DNA of 64,000 bases from Camelus ferus (lineage: Eukaryota), in contig NC_045698.1 in assembly GCF_009834535.1 (NCBI RefSeq), positions 3,970,001 through 4,034,000 on the forward strand, written 5' to 3'. Position numbers and translations under genes: made by a program. The first letter of the stretch is position 1. Each line of letters begins with the position of its first letter. Under the pieces are notes generated by a model that saw only the letters and a list, made by a program, of their open reading frames with translations, searched no databases and was not told where the DNA came from. Shown piece by piece: positions 1 to 13,609 of this stretch.

Positions 1-3000
1 GAAATTGCAGAGATGATTCAAGATTAAAAAAACCCAAATATAGATTTGGTTGTTGCAAAGGTTAAGCCCATCGGATTAATGGTGGTGGCACTGAAAACGG
101 TCCCCGTGTGATAAGGGCAGAATGAAAAAAGCTTCCGGACCACGTGCTTAACCCTATTATGCGGAGTTCTGAATAAATACTGTTATGCAACCGCCACCCT
201 TTGCTGTAAAAATTGGTGTTTATCCACTCTGCTGCAGAAATGCTTTCACAGAATGTGTTTCTCACCAGGGTTTTAAAATATTTACATCTGCTGATTAATA
301 ATTTATCGTTGGCATTCAGGACCTTAGACTCATGAATAATTGACGTGCTCATTTAAGATTTGCAACTGTTCTGTATAATGATGAAGCGCACCAATCTAAG
401 TGTCCCCAGTGCTTCCGCGGTGAGCGTCTGCCGTGAAATCAGGCTTACCTGCAGTTTTACAGAGGTTGAAAATAAAGACGCAAAGCAAGTAAGGCAGGAA
501 AACACTTTTCTGCACCAGACGTTCTCTGTGAAGCAAGGGGAAGCCGCAGTCCTCGCGGCCACACTAAGACGTGGTTTCGTGGGCCACAGCCTAACCTGAA
601 GGAAGGGGACCTGGAATCTGGTTAAACTCCACTTTGCTGCTGTAGCCTGTTCAAGTTATTGAGGAGCAGTTTGAAATGCAAAAATGTAATATACATGTGT
701 CAGTGTGTGTATGTGTTTCCAACTACCGTCCGTTTAATTATTATGGCAGTGTTTTTAAAAAAAAGTGATTAAAAACCAGTGAGAAGCTAGTCTCAGGCTT
801 TACGTGGCTGCCATCCTAACTGTCACGTTGGTCATACAGACATGTTCATTGCTAACTCTACTCCCTTCAGAGAATTCAGCGTTGGTTATTGGCAACTGAA
901 TGTCAAAATAATTCTTTAACTTCAAAAAGAAATTCCAAATCTGACAGTTAAAAGATCTATACAAAAAAAAAAAAAAAGAAGACTTGTGAATATAAGTTTC
1001 CATTAAATTGTTGTTCTTTCCCCTGGCAATCGAGTGTGGGGGTTCATGTGGTCATCCTCCGCATGGCTCATGAGCTATGGGCAGCATCATGAAAAAGACA
1101 CCGTTTGTATTTGTTTTTCTAATTCCACACATAGATCCCTCTAACTCTCTTCTTGGGATCATGACCCATGAGCAGCATAATCTTTTCCAGGTCATTTCTG
1201 GCTCCTCTACAAGAAAATCTCGTTCTGAGTTTTATTTATTTTTCTTTTCTTTTATAAAATGACTTTCTAACTCTCGTCAAAGTAGTTACAGGAAGCATGT
1301 CATAGCACCACGATTTCTGGGGGTATATTCAGAAGTCTTGTGATTCCCAAAGGGCGACGTTTCAAGCACAGCGAGACAATGGACAAAGGTGCTTTCTCAG
1401 GACCACCACGCAATGCGTCTGAGCCGATACCCACCTCTCTTAAAGATGCTGGATGGCTCTGCCCACGATGCGCTAAAGTGGATGCCTCATTGCGTCGCGT
1501 CTGGCTGGAGTCTCCAAGGCCCTAGAGGCTGGCGAGCACCCGCATCCCTGTGTACAAACACACACTTTCTCATTTGTCTATTTGGACCGATGTTTCTTGC
1601 TCTTGTCTTCCCTGGCTGTGTGAAAAATCTCGGTTGGCTCCAAACTTTGTGTCGTGCTATTCATTACAAGCTTCCCTTGCTTGTGCAATTTATTTGAGAC
1701 GTCTGTGTTTTATCGACTTCAGCTCCTCCAAGCTCCTTCCAAGCACCTTCAGTTTCATCTGTCCGTGTCCGGGGATAAGACACGGGCATCAGTCCAGGGC
1801 TGTCCATATAAAAAGAAACTGCTCTACAGTTCAAAACACAGGGAACTTAATCTAGGAAGTCGTTTGCACAGCAATGCGAGAGCTGCGAAGCTAAGTGGGA
1901 GCAGTGATGTAACAGAGATGAATCAATACGTGATTTCTCAAGGCTGGAGCCCGGGAGTAAGTAGTGCGACCAGGGCCAGGGGCTGAGGTCATGACGCAGG
2001 AAAAAAAAACACCAGGGTGGAAATTTCCAGCAAGAGCTTGAGTCAGAGAGAAAAGTATGAGATTACAGAGGTAGTGATGAGGGTGGACAGGATCCAAGGT
2101 AGATGGGAAGAAATACCTTGCCCTGTGCCTTCCTCCCTCCTTGCCTGCAGTCTCCCTCCAGTTTCAGCCATTGTCCAAACCAGCAGGAATCCGCTGACAT
2201 GAGGCCTGGGCCTTGCAGCCCGTCCCACAATATTTCTGTGCTGTAGATGAGCACAGGGACGGTTTGAGGACTGGATCTGCTGGCAAACAGCTCAAAGACC
2301 AGCTCTGGGTGTCCTGCCATCCCCATCATGCTCTGAGAAGGGGCCTGAGAGACACATTAGTGCGCATCTCCAAGATGGAATCTGGCATGAGGCTGGGCTC
2401 CACTGTCTTGGCAAGCAGATAAAGGTGACAAGTCAGAATGTATAGTTTTCCCAATAAAATATACCATGGTATGAAAGACATTTGAATACATTCTTAAAAC
2501 CCACCGAAATGCAGTTCATATGAGGAGATGACTAATTGTCAGACTAAGTTAAATTTTATAGCATGAAAAATCCTCAGAGTGTCTTTTAAAAAGGTAACTT
2601 CAAATTAAATTGACAGAAATATGCCTTAGGGTTGAAATAATGTATAAAATATGTATAGAACATTAGAACCGTTACAAGGCACAAACACGTAGGTGAAATG
2701 AATTAAAAATTGTCATATCCTTAAGTTTAATCACTTCAAAGTTGCATAATAAACTTAAGGCAAAGATTATCTGTGTCAGCTCCACAGGAAAACAATGGGG
2801 CAAGAAACATGCCAAGGGATGTGAACACGGGCACCTTATTCTTAAGAAGGGATCACCTATACCGTGGACACCTTGGATATGTAATTTAATCATGTAGAGG
2901 GGAATCACGTTTAGTCAAGATAAAGATATTAAAGACTTGCGATAAGAGGCAGTCACTGTCGGTTGATCCCCCTCAACCATCTCTCTCCCCACTTCTTTAG

Positions 3001-4839
3001 CCAGAAGCCCAGGCTTTTATTTCCAGGTCTTGGGTGGCAATGTGCTCATGGACTAGGAGTCTCTTGCCCAGCCTCTGGGCATGGAGACTCATGATAATAC
3101 CAGTAACTGGGTACCAGTCGGGGCTCAAGGCAGGAAACAGAATCCACAAGGAGCATTTCAAGTAGAACGTCGTTTAACACAGAGATTAAGAAATGGAGGC
3201 GGTCAGGAGGTACCACTGGCTGGCTTCAATGGCACAGGACTGAGCCACGGAGAGAGTAGGGAGCTTCTACCATCACTGGCATCAATCACCACAACCACCT
3301 CACGTCACAGAGCTGCCGTCTAGACGCTGAAATGTGGATTCCAGACACTGAATGCACTCCTAGTGGTCTGGGAGCCACAGTGTCAGGGAGATGGGTCCCA
3401 CCGCAGGTCTGACTGGAACATTTCATACAAGCATATCTCACTGGCAGTTCACGATCCAGGACTCCAGCTGGAAGGGAGTTTTTGAAATGTAGATTTGAGA
3501 TATCCAGCCCCTTCAACATATGAAGGAGGGACATATAAAGGGCAGAAATGTTGACTGAGTGTTTACAGAAAATAATTAGCACAGTATTTGAATTTGAGAT
3601 TTAAGGCTATGACAGCTGTTGGACTTTTCTGGGAAAATCTAATATCCTGATAAAAGATATACTTGGGAAGAAATTCCCTTTCTTCCTTTGGAGGAGAATA
3701 TTATGTCTAGAACTCTGGCTTCTTCTTGCAATCCTAGAGGGTCAATACTCTAGGGAAAAGCCAATAAACTTGGAGGGATAGTAGAATGGAAATCACCAGG
3801 TCCTTGATGACAGAGATGTGTCAGCGATCTGACCAACCCTGCAAGAGCTTGCCTCCAGACTTCAAGGTGGGGGAGACCTCACATTCCCCTCACTGTGGGG
3901 TAAGTATCCCTTAACACGCAGCTAAAAGGCCCTTCCCCCAGGAGGTATATATTTCACTGCAACGGCTTGTAGAAACAACTCTGTGGAGCTCAGTAACAAA
4001 TTCTGAAACCACGGCTGTTGTCACCAAAAAACGGTTGAGTTTTTCTCCCGAAATTATTCTGTGCAACCCCGTCATTCAAAATATGCAAGAAATTCCTCAT
4101 AAACAGCTCTGGCTCTCCATCGTCTTGACATTTCTCCTTTCGACTTCACAATCGTGAAATAGTTGGGAATCTCTTAGAACCATTCTTCTGAAACTCATAC
4201 TGCACACGATGAGTTCCTTTCTATTTCAAACATTTAACGTCAGGTAGTTTATATCACTATTTCTGTTGTAAGAAGATGAATGCCACATGTTGATATAATT
4301 TGCATGCCAAGTTCCCTAGCAGAAAGACTGGTCCTGTTTAAGACAGCTGCCTCACCAGCTGTCCTAATGGCCACTGGGCAAAATGCGAAATCCAAAAAGC
4401 TTTCCACCATTTCTCTGGGCTGAGGTGCCTCTAGACTGACCTATCTAACTTCCTTTATGCCTGCGTGCCCATCTAAAAGATTTTAAATATCTATTTCAAT
4501 TACTGCTTGCTGCGTCATAGTTTAAAATAGGTAGGGGAATAATATAAATTTGGAAACACTGCTTATTCACAAAGCACTATTTTTTGTCTGCTATTTGTTC
4601 TTCTCTGTGCTGTACATTGGAGCTGCAGGGTGAACAGGACATGCTCTCAGGAAAATGCACTCTGCCAGGGGAGGCCAACATGTGAACAGGAGGCCTGGCT
4701 TCACAGCATCTCTTCTCAAAGTATCTCAGAGTGGTCGGGAAGTGGAAGGACCGCGGGTATTTACTAGTATTAAGTGATTCTATAAAAACCACAACAATCA
4801 TGCTTCTCATCTTCCATGCATGAAGTACCCTCATATTAC

Positions 4840-4887
4840 CTATTGTAAATGAATTTTAATGGTTCAAGTTTTGTAAAAACACAGTTT
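4840..4887 (-). pseudogene. Chain A internal exon, 48 bp
   Basis: Acceptor catacttttcctag|AAAC, donor TAG|gtaata; length is a multiple of 3. Confidence 0.45.
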
Positions 4888-5739
4888 CTAGGAAAAGTAT
4901 GAAATTAAACCCCAGAGGGTCAATAGCCCATTGATTCAGTTAATGAATAATCTGTATCTGGTTTTCCTGGAAAAATTACTTAATCTCATTCTTCACTTAT
5001 AGTAAAATACATCCTATGGAAGATTCACATAGGGTCATTAATCCATCTAAAAGGAACCAAAACAAACTAGCGACTGTGCCAATAGGTTAAGTTACAATAT
5101 TCTGCAGAAAGAGCCCCAAGCCACATGATCCTATCACTGCAAAGGTCAATATTTTGTTCAGACCTCATGCCCAGAAAGCTCTGCTCGTGTGGCCCTCAGG
5201 TCCCTGGGGTGGGGCAGCCTCTACTTTCTACTATGGGGGGAAGAGAATATGGCTGACCATACGTACAGTGTCTTCTGTCTACAAATGTCACACATCCCAT
5301 CTCACATCTCCTCTGCCACAGTGTGGGGCTGACTGTGCTCGTGGTGGTGTGAAAATGCAAGTGCAGTCCTATCATGTGTCCAGAAGGAGGAAAACTCGAA
5401 ATGTGGACACGACTCTGGGCCACCTCAGCCAAAGAGGTGTCCAGAGAGCCCTGGTCATTCCTTTCATTGCCTGTAGGTGGTTTTGGTTTTCTGGTTCTCA
5501 GGAGAGCTGGAGAGAGGTCGTTTGCCCCTGAGGTTGTCTCCTTTGCCAGATGTCCATAACCCTCTGTCCTCTGCCTTGTCCCGCCTCCAGCACCAAGCCC
5601 TGATCTCAGTGGGCACCACATTGTTATGCTACGTCTTCCTCTTGTTAAGATTGGAAAGTGTCTCCACGAGAATTTCAGGGGCTACAGGGAATGAGGAGCC
5701 TTCTTTGCTCCCATGACCTTGGAAGACCTGTCTATCCAT

Positions 5740-6510
5740 CTTCCTGCTCAGGTGCAGAAGCTTCCATCACCAGCCTACTCCTCAAAGACTTCGCTCCATC
5801 AATCACTTCCTCTGCTTAGGTGATCAGTGCCCTCTTTGCTCCTGGAATCCTCCCCAGCAGATGGCACTATGACCCCATAACCATCGTCCCGACACCCTGC
5901 TTTTTCCTCACCAGGGGTCCCCTCTTCAGTTCACATCAGTGCAGTTTCTACTCCAAACCCAGCCTAGAAGCCTTTCTTCCTTGAGTCATCGATGACCTCT
6001 TTATGGTTAAACTGATACACTCTCCTGTCACTTTTCAGGAATTCACTTGAAGAACTTGACCTTCCACCTTGCCCTGCCCCTCCCATAGACCCGCTTTATA
6101 AAATCCTCCCTGTTTCTCAGTGTGGTCTTTTTCAGGAAACACCTTGTAAATGTCACTTAACTCCAGGGCCCTGTGCCCTCCTTTTTCCATTTGTGGACAG
6201 TGTGGGCCCTTCCACTGTGAACCAATGGCCCCATGTCCTGTGTCCCTGATCTCTGGAAAGAGCACCACCATCCACTCGGTTCCTACACAGAAACCTACAT
6301 CCAAGCAGTTGTCTGCCCATCTCCCTAGTATTCCCTGAAACTGTCCTTTTCTCCATTGTCACTGCCAGAGACCAGGTCACTTTGGATCTTGTCAGGATGC
6401 TTCTCAACGGGATGCTCTGCTTCCAGGTTTATCTGTCTCTAACCCACCTTCCCCAGTCAGAGAGGACTCTTTCCAAAATACAAATTAGACCTTGTCTCTC
6501 CTCCTTCCTT
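5740..6510 (+). mobile_element. Degenerate LINE-2 fragments
   Basis: Pyrimidine-rich sequence with L2-like motifs (catcgatgacctctttatggttaaac; cagagaggactctttccaaaatacaaattagacc). Confidence 0.5.
5854..5867 (+). promoter_or_regulatory. CTCF core motif
   Basis: CCAGCAGATGGCAC matches CCASYAGRKGGCRS at all 14 positions. Confidence 0.45.
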
Positions 6511-6552
6511 AAAAAAAACAAAAACAAAAACAAAAACAAAAACAAAAACAAC
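6511..6552 (+). repeat. (AAAAAC)n microsatellite
   Basis: Read directly from the sequence. Confidence 0.9.
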
Positions 6553-6664
6553 AGCTGGACAGAACCCACAGTCCTTGCCCAAAACCCTGGGGTGGCCCCA
6601 GGCCTGTGTCAGCATTCAATTTTTCTAATTTTTATAAAGTATTATGGTGGCTTTATAAAGTAAA

Positions 6665-7069
6665 TATAATCATTAACGTTATGTGTCAACCAGGCTAGGC
6701 CACAGTGCCCATATATTTGGTCAAACATATTTTAGATATTTCCATGAAGGTATTTTTAAAAACAAAATTAACATTTAAATCAGTAGATTTTGAGCAAAGC
6801 AGATTGCCCTCTACATATGTGGATGGGCCTCATCCAATCAGTTGAAGGACTTAAGAGAAAAAGACTGAGGTCCCCCAAGGGAAAAGGACTTCTGCCTTCT
6901 GACTTAAACTGCAGCATCAACTCTTCCCTGGGTATCTAGTCTGCTGCCTGCCCTGCAGATTTTAGTCTTGTCAGTCCTCATAATCCCCTGAGACAATTCC
7001 TTAAAACAAATCTCTATTTATCCACCCATCCCATTGGTTCTGCTTCTCTAGAAAACTCCTACTAATGTA
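6665..7069 (+). mobile_element. ERVL solo LTR, MLT2 family
   Basis: Hallmark MLT2 motifs: ttatgtgtcaaccaggctaggcc; tttggtcaaaca; gggcctcatccaatcagttgaagg; ccattggttctgcttctctagaaaac. Confidence 0.85.
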
Positions 7070-7769
7070 CTGTCTCCCAGAGTTTATATAACAACTTCTA
7101 TGTGAGAGACACCTTTTCTCTGACTTTTCACCATTAAAGCTGTTGCACTGATGCTATATTTGAGCATCGTTACCTGTTTCCCATCTTTGTCTCTTAGTAG
7201 AGTATGAGCTTTTGAAGGCAGGAAAGGAGCCTTGTTTGTGCTTGGAAATCCAAAGTCAAGCATGAAATTTGCACAGGCCACCAAATGAACCACTAGATGC
7301 AGTTGCTGACTTGGTCATTGTTTAAGAGGAATCTCGAGAAATGGGAGGGCCAGCTGTGAGGGTAAGAGCATTGCAAAGCTCTTGACTTACAGGCCAAGAG
7401 TTTCCCAGGACAGTTTGTCACTCAGAGTTGCTCTGTGAGAGTTTATTTGCTGCCACTCTAAAAAAGATGAGCGCTAAACACCCCCTCATTGTAGTGCCCC
7501 GTCCTTTCCTCAAACAGTCGGTGCAGTTGAGTTTTTGTGTGTGTTGTCCCTTCTCCAGGGACAAGAATATTAAGCCTCCAGCTTTGAGTTGATAAGATCA
7601 GAGAGACAATTATTTAGCTGGGATACAAGAAAGGGCAAGGTTTCCCAGATGTTTCACTGTTACAATTTAACCCTGTTTATTACCTCGCATTTTTACCGCA
7701 GGTTTTTCAAAATGTACAAAATGAATTAACTTGGAGGGAGTCCTCCCATGTGGTCAAAGAAACAGTTAC

Positions 7770-7940
7770 CTTTGTTCAGGATCCCGTGGCCTTCGATGTA
7801 CTTTTCCCACCTGCCTGGTTGAAAATTCCACAGTAAGAGAAGTCACAATTGCTCATGACCGTGTAGGAAAAATCATGAGGGAGGCCTGGGGTCGTATTTA
7901 AATGAACGTTTGAGAGCCTTTCTAAATATATTTCTTTTCC
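7770..7940 (-). pseudogene. Chain A internal exon, 171 bp
   Basis: Acceptor catgttttatttcag|GG, donor AAG|gtaact. The phase-1 frame reads KRNIFRKALKRSFKYDPRPPS*FFLHGHEQL*LLLLWNFQPGRWEKYIEGHGILNK. Confidence 0.5.
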
Positions 7941-8091
7941 CTGAAATAAAACATGCAAAACATATATCAAATATTACTCATGACGTCATATGAAGCCTAA
8001 TTAAAATGTTAGTTACTATGGGTTTATTGTCTATTGCCTCATAGAACATTTTGAAAAATTCTTCTTTGTCCTGGTATAAAGAAATACTTAC

Positions 8092-8154
8092 CGACTAGCC
8101 TCTCATTGGCAATTTGCCAGTACAAGACATCTTTTTCTGTTGCTTTCCTTCATC
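8092..8154 (-). pseudogene. Chain A internal exon, 63 bp
   Basis: Acceptor aaactctag|GA, donor TCG|gtaagt. A 151-bp AT-rich intron containing ACTAAC separates it from the 171-bp exon. Confidence 0.5.
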
Positions 8155-8574
8155 CTAGAGTTTGGGGCTCTCAGAATTGACCCTCCAGGGCCGATGATAC
8201 TCACTCTTGCCTGCACAGGCAGATGCTGAAGTTTCAAATTGGAGAAGTCAGAACTTGGCCAGAGGCAGAAAGATGGTGCAGAGTTGTGCCCCAAATTCCG
8301 GCGTGGATGGCCCTGGTAATGGCACCTCGGGGTGGGGTCTGACCTCGGCATTACAGGCTCAGAAGTATGACCTTGTCGTCATGCCAGGAAGGTCCATTTT
8401 TGGGGGCCATGCTCTTAAAAACCAAGCCCATGAGACACGTAAAACCAGAGGACCAGATGGTTAATTTTACAACATGAGCAATCTGATTGCTATTCAGGAT
8501 GAAATACTCGTGCTGGCAGAACCGGCACACTTTCTCCTTGTGAGTTAGACCCACGTAGGGAAGCAACTCAGGTG

Positions 8575-8810
8575 GATCGTCAGCGAGGGCGCCTGCTGGG
8601 CCTGCGGGCCAAGCGCGAGTCTGGGAGAGCTCGCGCTCACAGCGCTGTCAAAGGGCCGGGCTGGCCGACGGGGACCTGATGTTTCAAGCCCGCTCCCGTG
8701 GACAGAGGGTGGCCGGGCGCGCCAGGGTCAGCCGCCCTTTCACTGGCGCTCCACTGGGCTATCCCAGTGCCCCTAAGAAGGCCGGCGCACAGGTCAACGC
8801 TCTGTCTGTG
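8575..8810. promoter_or_regulatory. Small CpG-rich patch
   Basis: Dense CpG/GC cluster (gccaagcgcgag, gagctcgcgctc, ccgggcgcgcc) in CpG-poor surroundings. Confidence 0.4.
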
Positions 8811-11253
8811 CTCTGGGCAGAGGGCTCGTTCCACTTGTTCGCTCACCTTCAGCCTACTCATCGGTGACCGCTTTGTCCTGAGAGACCTGTCACGCCTGCC
8901 CCTTCAGCCCCATCATCTCATCTGGTCTTCAGCCGTGCAACCTTTTGAACCAGCATTACTGTTGTAAGCTGCCAGCTGGTCTTCTGGTCCCTCTGAAGTC
9001 ATCCAGTGATAGCAACTTTCTTCAGATAAATGAATATATTAAACCAGATTTTACCCAATTAGCAAGGGCCTTGAGCCCTCCCATCTTTTATGGACTGAAT
9101 GGGCATGAGCCCAGGTCTCCATGCATCCCGGGGTACTCCACCTCGTTTCACACGGCTGAACCCAGGCACCCGGGAGTCGCCGTTTTCACGTTTAACTTGA
9201 CCAACAAAGGGTGATGCAGACGTACTTCAGCCATTTACTGACTGTGATGTCTTAGGGGCAGTCCACAAGGGTGGGCGAGACAGGTGGTCAGTGGATGTGG
9301 CGTTGTCTTCAGGCACACCGGGGGGGGGGGGGACAGCACAGGCATTTAGAAAGGCACCAGATTCTGCCGGCCATTGCCTGCAGGATGTTTTTCTTGAAGT
9401 GGGTTCCTTACTGTGTCTGATGTGAACAGCACACTGAGAAGCCTCATGCGACTTCACCCTGCACATTCACCTCTGTCATGCCCTCCTCTTTGTAAAGTGG
9501 CCTTTGTGTGCAGGAGAGGGGCTGCAGCAGTCTCTCTCAGCTTCAGCGGCTCACGGGGAGTCCGGATCTCCAGAAACAGAAGCCTCTAGATGTAATTAAT
9601 GCTGTCACTTTCTTCATTTTCTTTAGATTTTTGCTGGAATCACATAATAGAGACTATGATGCGAAGATTTTCAATTATACGTCTTTGATCTTTATGGCAC
9701 TAGTAAGACAGTATTCATTTTTTTAGGATTGGTAAGTTATGTTTTTTTCTGGAAACATGTCCATTTCAGCTAAATTTCAGTACATGTGTGTACTTCATTA
9801 ATTTCTTCCCTTACTTATTAGTTCTTTTCTTCAACTTATTTAGGCTTAATGTGCTGCTATTTATTTGTCTAACTACTGGAGATGGATGCTGCTATCAAAG
9901 AAAGAAGTCGCAGGAGGCAAGGTGCGCTTGTTCTGATGCTCTGGACAAGAGAGCAGAGCAAGCCTGGAAACGCGGCTGTGCTGGGACAGAGTGTGCGACA
10001 GCCTGTAAGAGCCGGGGCAGGCGATCAGCAAGCCCAGCTCAGCACAGGTGTTCCGACCACCCACCCTGACAACAGGCCCTGGACCTCGGCTTTTGTTCCC
10101 GCAGGGGTGAGCCGGAGCTCTGTGCAGTTTCTGAGCCTCTCAGCGTTCCAGAACCAGCAGGTGCTCCTGGAGGGAAAAAGCCTACCATGCTGGGCTCCCC
10201 CACCTGGCTTGCTTTCTCTCTCTGGTCTTGTCCCACAGCACTTCAGTAACGCTCAGCTCCCACCACCATTTCAGACATTAGAGCCCTAATGTCTTCGAGC
10301 AAAACATGTTTTCCAGCTTTCCTACTTGTTCTCAGTGAAAACATCTGGTCTGTTATTAAAAATGACATTTTTATTGCAGTTGTCATATTTAACCAATAGT
10401 TGATTTCAGTGATTTGCTGCCTGATAGATGTAGTTGAAAACACCTAGGCTAAGATCTCGCTTTCACAGACAGAGGATCATTGTCATGTCATATTTGCAAC
10501 CTTTTCCTTTCCAGATCTCCTCTTCACCCTTCCGTTTGTAACTCGCCTTTGACATCTAAGCATTGAGTTCGTTTTGTTGGGTTTACAGCCACCATCCATT
10601 GTGTTTGTCCGGCTTACCTGCCAGCCTCCGTTTCTGCTCTGACTTCGGTGTGATAAGTGAGCACTCAGAGGTGTGCACATTAGACACAAAGAGCATTACA
10701 AACCTGCACCGCGGCTCATCTTATATGGGTTTTGGAAACTATAATCCTAAATTAATTGTGCAGCTCTGCATAAGGCATATGCATCTTATTTATTTTACAA
10801 CTGAAGTTTCATTCTCTCCCAGAGACGAACGCACAGATGCCATAGGGGCTGGATTTCAGTGACTCTCACTTAGTTGCTGACAGATGTTTAATTCAAAATG
10901 GCTTTGCATGAATTCATAATGAGGAGCGAGGACAATTCCCTAAGCACTTCCTTCTAATCACCTGTCACAACAACACGGGCGGCTGAAGGCAGCACACGCG
11001 TGTAGGCAGCTGCTGCTAAGTCTTCAGGCTGATGTAGATGTTACACCATTAACTGTGAGTTCCCTGGAGGTCCCCCATCTCCCCGGCAGTGACCTAGTCC
11101 TGAGCCTGGGCTCGAGACTGGTGGGCTGGCACCCTCTGGTCAGAGCTCTGGAGCCAGAGAGATGGGTTGGTCTTAGGGCGTCTACCTGCTTGTCATGCTG
11201 GGCTGCATTAATAAGGCAGCAGACTCTGGGGCTTGGGCACATCCACGGTCCTC

Positions 11254-11256
<3 letters not shown>

Positions 11257-11288
<32 letters not shown>
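11257..11288 (+). repeat. (TC)n microsatellite
   Basis: Read directly from the sequence. Confidence 0.9.
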
Positions 11289-11291
<3 letters not shown>

Positions 11292-12700
11292 TTCGCAGTC
11301 CCCACCCCTATGCTGTCTTTACTGCTCTGCTTCTGTCTTGATACCAGCCCTCCCACTGATTCATTCTTTCTTAGGGTTGTGCGGAGGTACTGTCCATTCA
11401 GCCACGTGAAGCGAAGCTCCTGTGAACTACAATTGTTTCCAGGATTTGCTGCTGCTGGCTATTTGCCTGTTTGTTTTTTTGGAAAATTTTAGCTATACTG
11501 GAAGCTTCTGGAAGGCAGCCAATGTGCGTCTTAAATATTCAATTCCCAGCAGTCAATTCAGTCCTTGGCACAATATAGGCACTTAATACAGTTTGAACAG
11601 ATCAATCAGTAACTCACAGGCTGAGTGGGATGATTTGCAGCTGCTGGAGGGAAAAGCCCCCCCGTGGAGGTGGAGGAGGAGGGTACCAGCGTCATTCTCC
11701 CAGGGGGCGCACCAGCCTCGCTTCCTGGCCCCTGCCCTTTCTGGCCTCTTCTGCTGCCTCCTTACTCGCTGCCACCTCTCCCTGCTTGACAGATGAGTTT
11801 GCTCTTGCCATGACAGGACCACGTATTCTTTTTCCCCCAGTGTTATAAACACAGAATGACACCTATCACTCATTCAGAAAACCTGGCATTTAACTCTCGC
11901 TCTGCCACTTTGGACAAGATCCTTCGCTCCTCTAAGCCCTGGCCTGCACACCTATAGATGGCGTGGATTTGGCTACATAACACCCACGATCTCTTCCAGT
12001 TCTCAGATCCACACGTCTCTCCCAGGAGCACTGGGAGACAGGCAGCCCCGTGTGAAGGATGCTCTCCTGGCTGTATCCCATCCCTCTGGGCCAGCTCACA
12101 ACCTGTGCATGTGATGCTGGAACGTGCTTTCCTCATGGGTAATAGGGAGAGAGATGGAAGGGGTGACACGGAGTGTGGACATGACACGATTTGCTTAGCC
12201 TGGAGCCCACTAAGGGGAAGCTACTGTCTTTGTCCTCAAATAAACTCGGCGATCAGGCAACACTTGGCATTCTGTAGGAAGCAGTGGATGTGTGTGACTT
12301 CTACGTGACAGCCATGCTGCATGCCACTGCAGGAGGGCAATACGCACCCCTGCTGGAAAACTGCACAGTCAGGAGAACAAAGGGATCCTGCGCAGCCCAG
12401 GTCCTGGGACGCTCAGAAGGAACTGATGAGAGGACAGACAGGGTCTTCAAACTCCTGGAGCAAAACTCCACGTGTGTAGAGGTTGTCAGCAGGACGGGCT
12501 CTGTGGCCTCCTGCACTGGACACCAGGGTGGTTGCCAGGTGTCCTAGGGACCCTGCGGGGTGGGGATGGTGCCCCCAAGGCATGTGCTCAGAGGCCTGCT
12601 GCTTTTGCAGGCAGTATAATCTTAACAACCACCCAGCCTGCACTAGATGTTTAAACAGCTGCCCTTCCTTCACTTAAATATTCTGTATATTCCTCTCCAC

Positions 12701-12832
12701 CTGGTGACAGTTATATTTCCTCCCAAAGCCTCCCCTGGGTCAGAAATGCCTGATCCTTGGAACCCATGGGAATAAAGGGACTTGGGAAGGGAAAAAGAGC
12801 TATTTGACAGTTTTGTAGGAAGCTGGCCATGG
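12701..12832 (-). pseudogene. Chain A exon, 132 bp, carrying the putative ancestral start codon (ATG at 12830)
   Basis: Acceptor cctaatttgtacag|CCATGG, weak donor CAG|gtggag. Splicing to the 15.5-kb exon gives ACCATGG; reads MASFLQNCQIALFPFPSPF...GRLWEEI*. Confidence 0.35.
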
Positions 12833-13609
12833 CTGTACAAATTAGGTTTGCGTGACAGAGAAGACAGAGCCATGACGATATGAAAGGTTGTTTCATAAAG
12901 TAAAGGAGATGGGCCTACTGAGCAAAGGGCATAAGACAATGCTCTTAAATCAGAGTAGAAGGAGAAGTGTCAGTAATTACGTATAAAGCCTCTAAGGGTG
13001 CAGGAGGCTGCAGAGGCTAGGGGCCCGTGTCGGTGACAATTACCTCTTTGTTTTGCTTTGTTTTTAAGCCCAGGAGTGACTAGATGAAATCATAGGTTCA
13101 AATTACTTTCCATGGAGGAGGAATACACTTTGAACATATCTTTGAGGCATAAATGTGGTGATTACAGCTGTGCTCCACCATCTGCCCACTCACATCTCAC
13201 AGTGAATGTAACTGGATAATTTTAAGTGTCTGTGATGAGTTAAATATCAAATTATACAGAAGAAAAGTAAAACCATCTCATTTAAGAGATTAAGTAAAGG
13301 CTACACTTTGGCATCACAGGAAGGAGGAACCCTCGTCCAGACGAGGCCCTCTGGTCTCAACCTGCTCTCTGGGGAAGCCACCCTCACTGTCCTCAGAGTG
13401 GACAGGGTGATTGTGAGAGGGAGAAACAGCCTTGATCCCAGATCCCATCCAAGGAGCCACCAGCAAAGTCACTGAGGGCGGTCACAGTCCTGGGGCCCCC
13501 AGTGGTGAGAGCCTGGGTCGGGGGGCCATGCCAGGACCACGGAGGTGGCATAGGTGGGTGATGACGGGGGTGAGTGGGTGGGGAGAAGTCACTAGATGTC
13601 AGCCCCGAA

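Noticed and set aside
4840..12832. Selenocysteine or readthrough explanation for the in-frame TGA codons in chain A
   Set aside because: TAA stops occur in the same frame and I saw no SECIS-like hairpin; ordinary decay is simpler.
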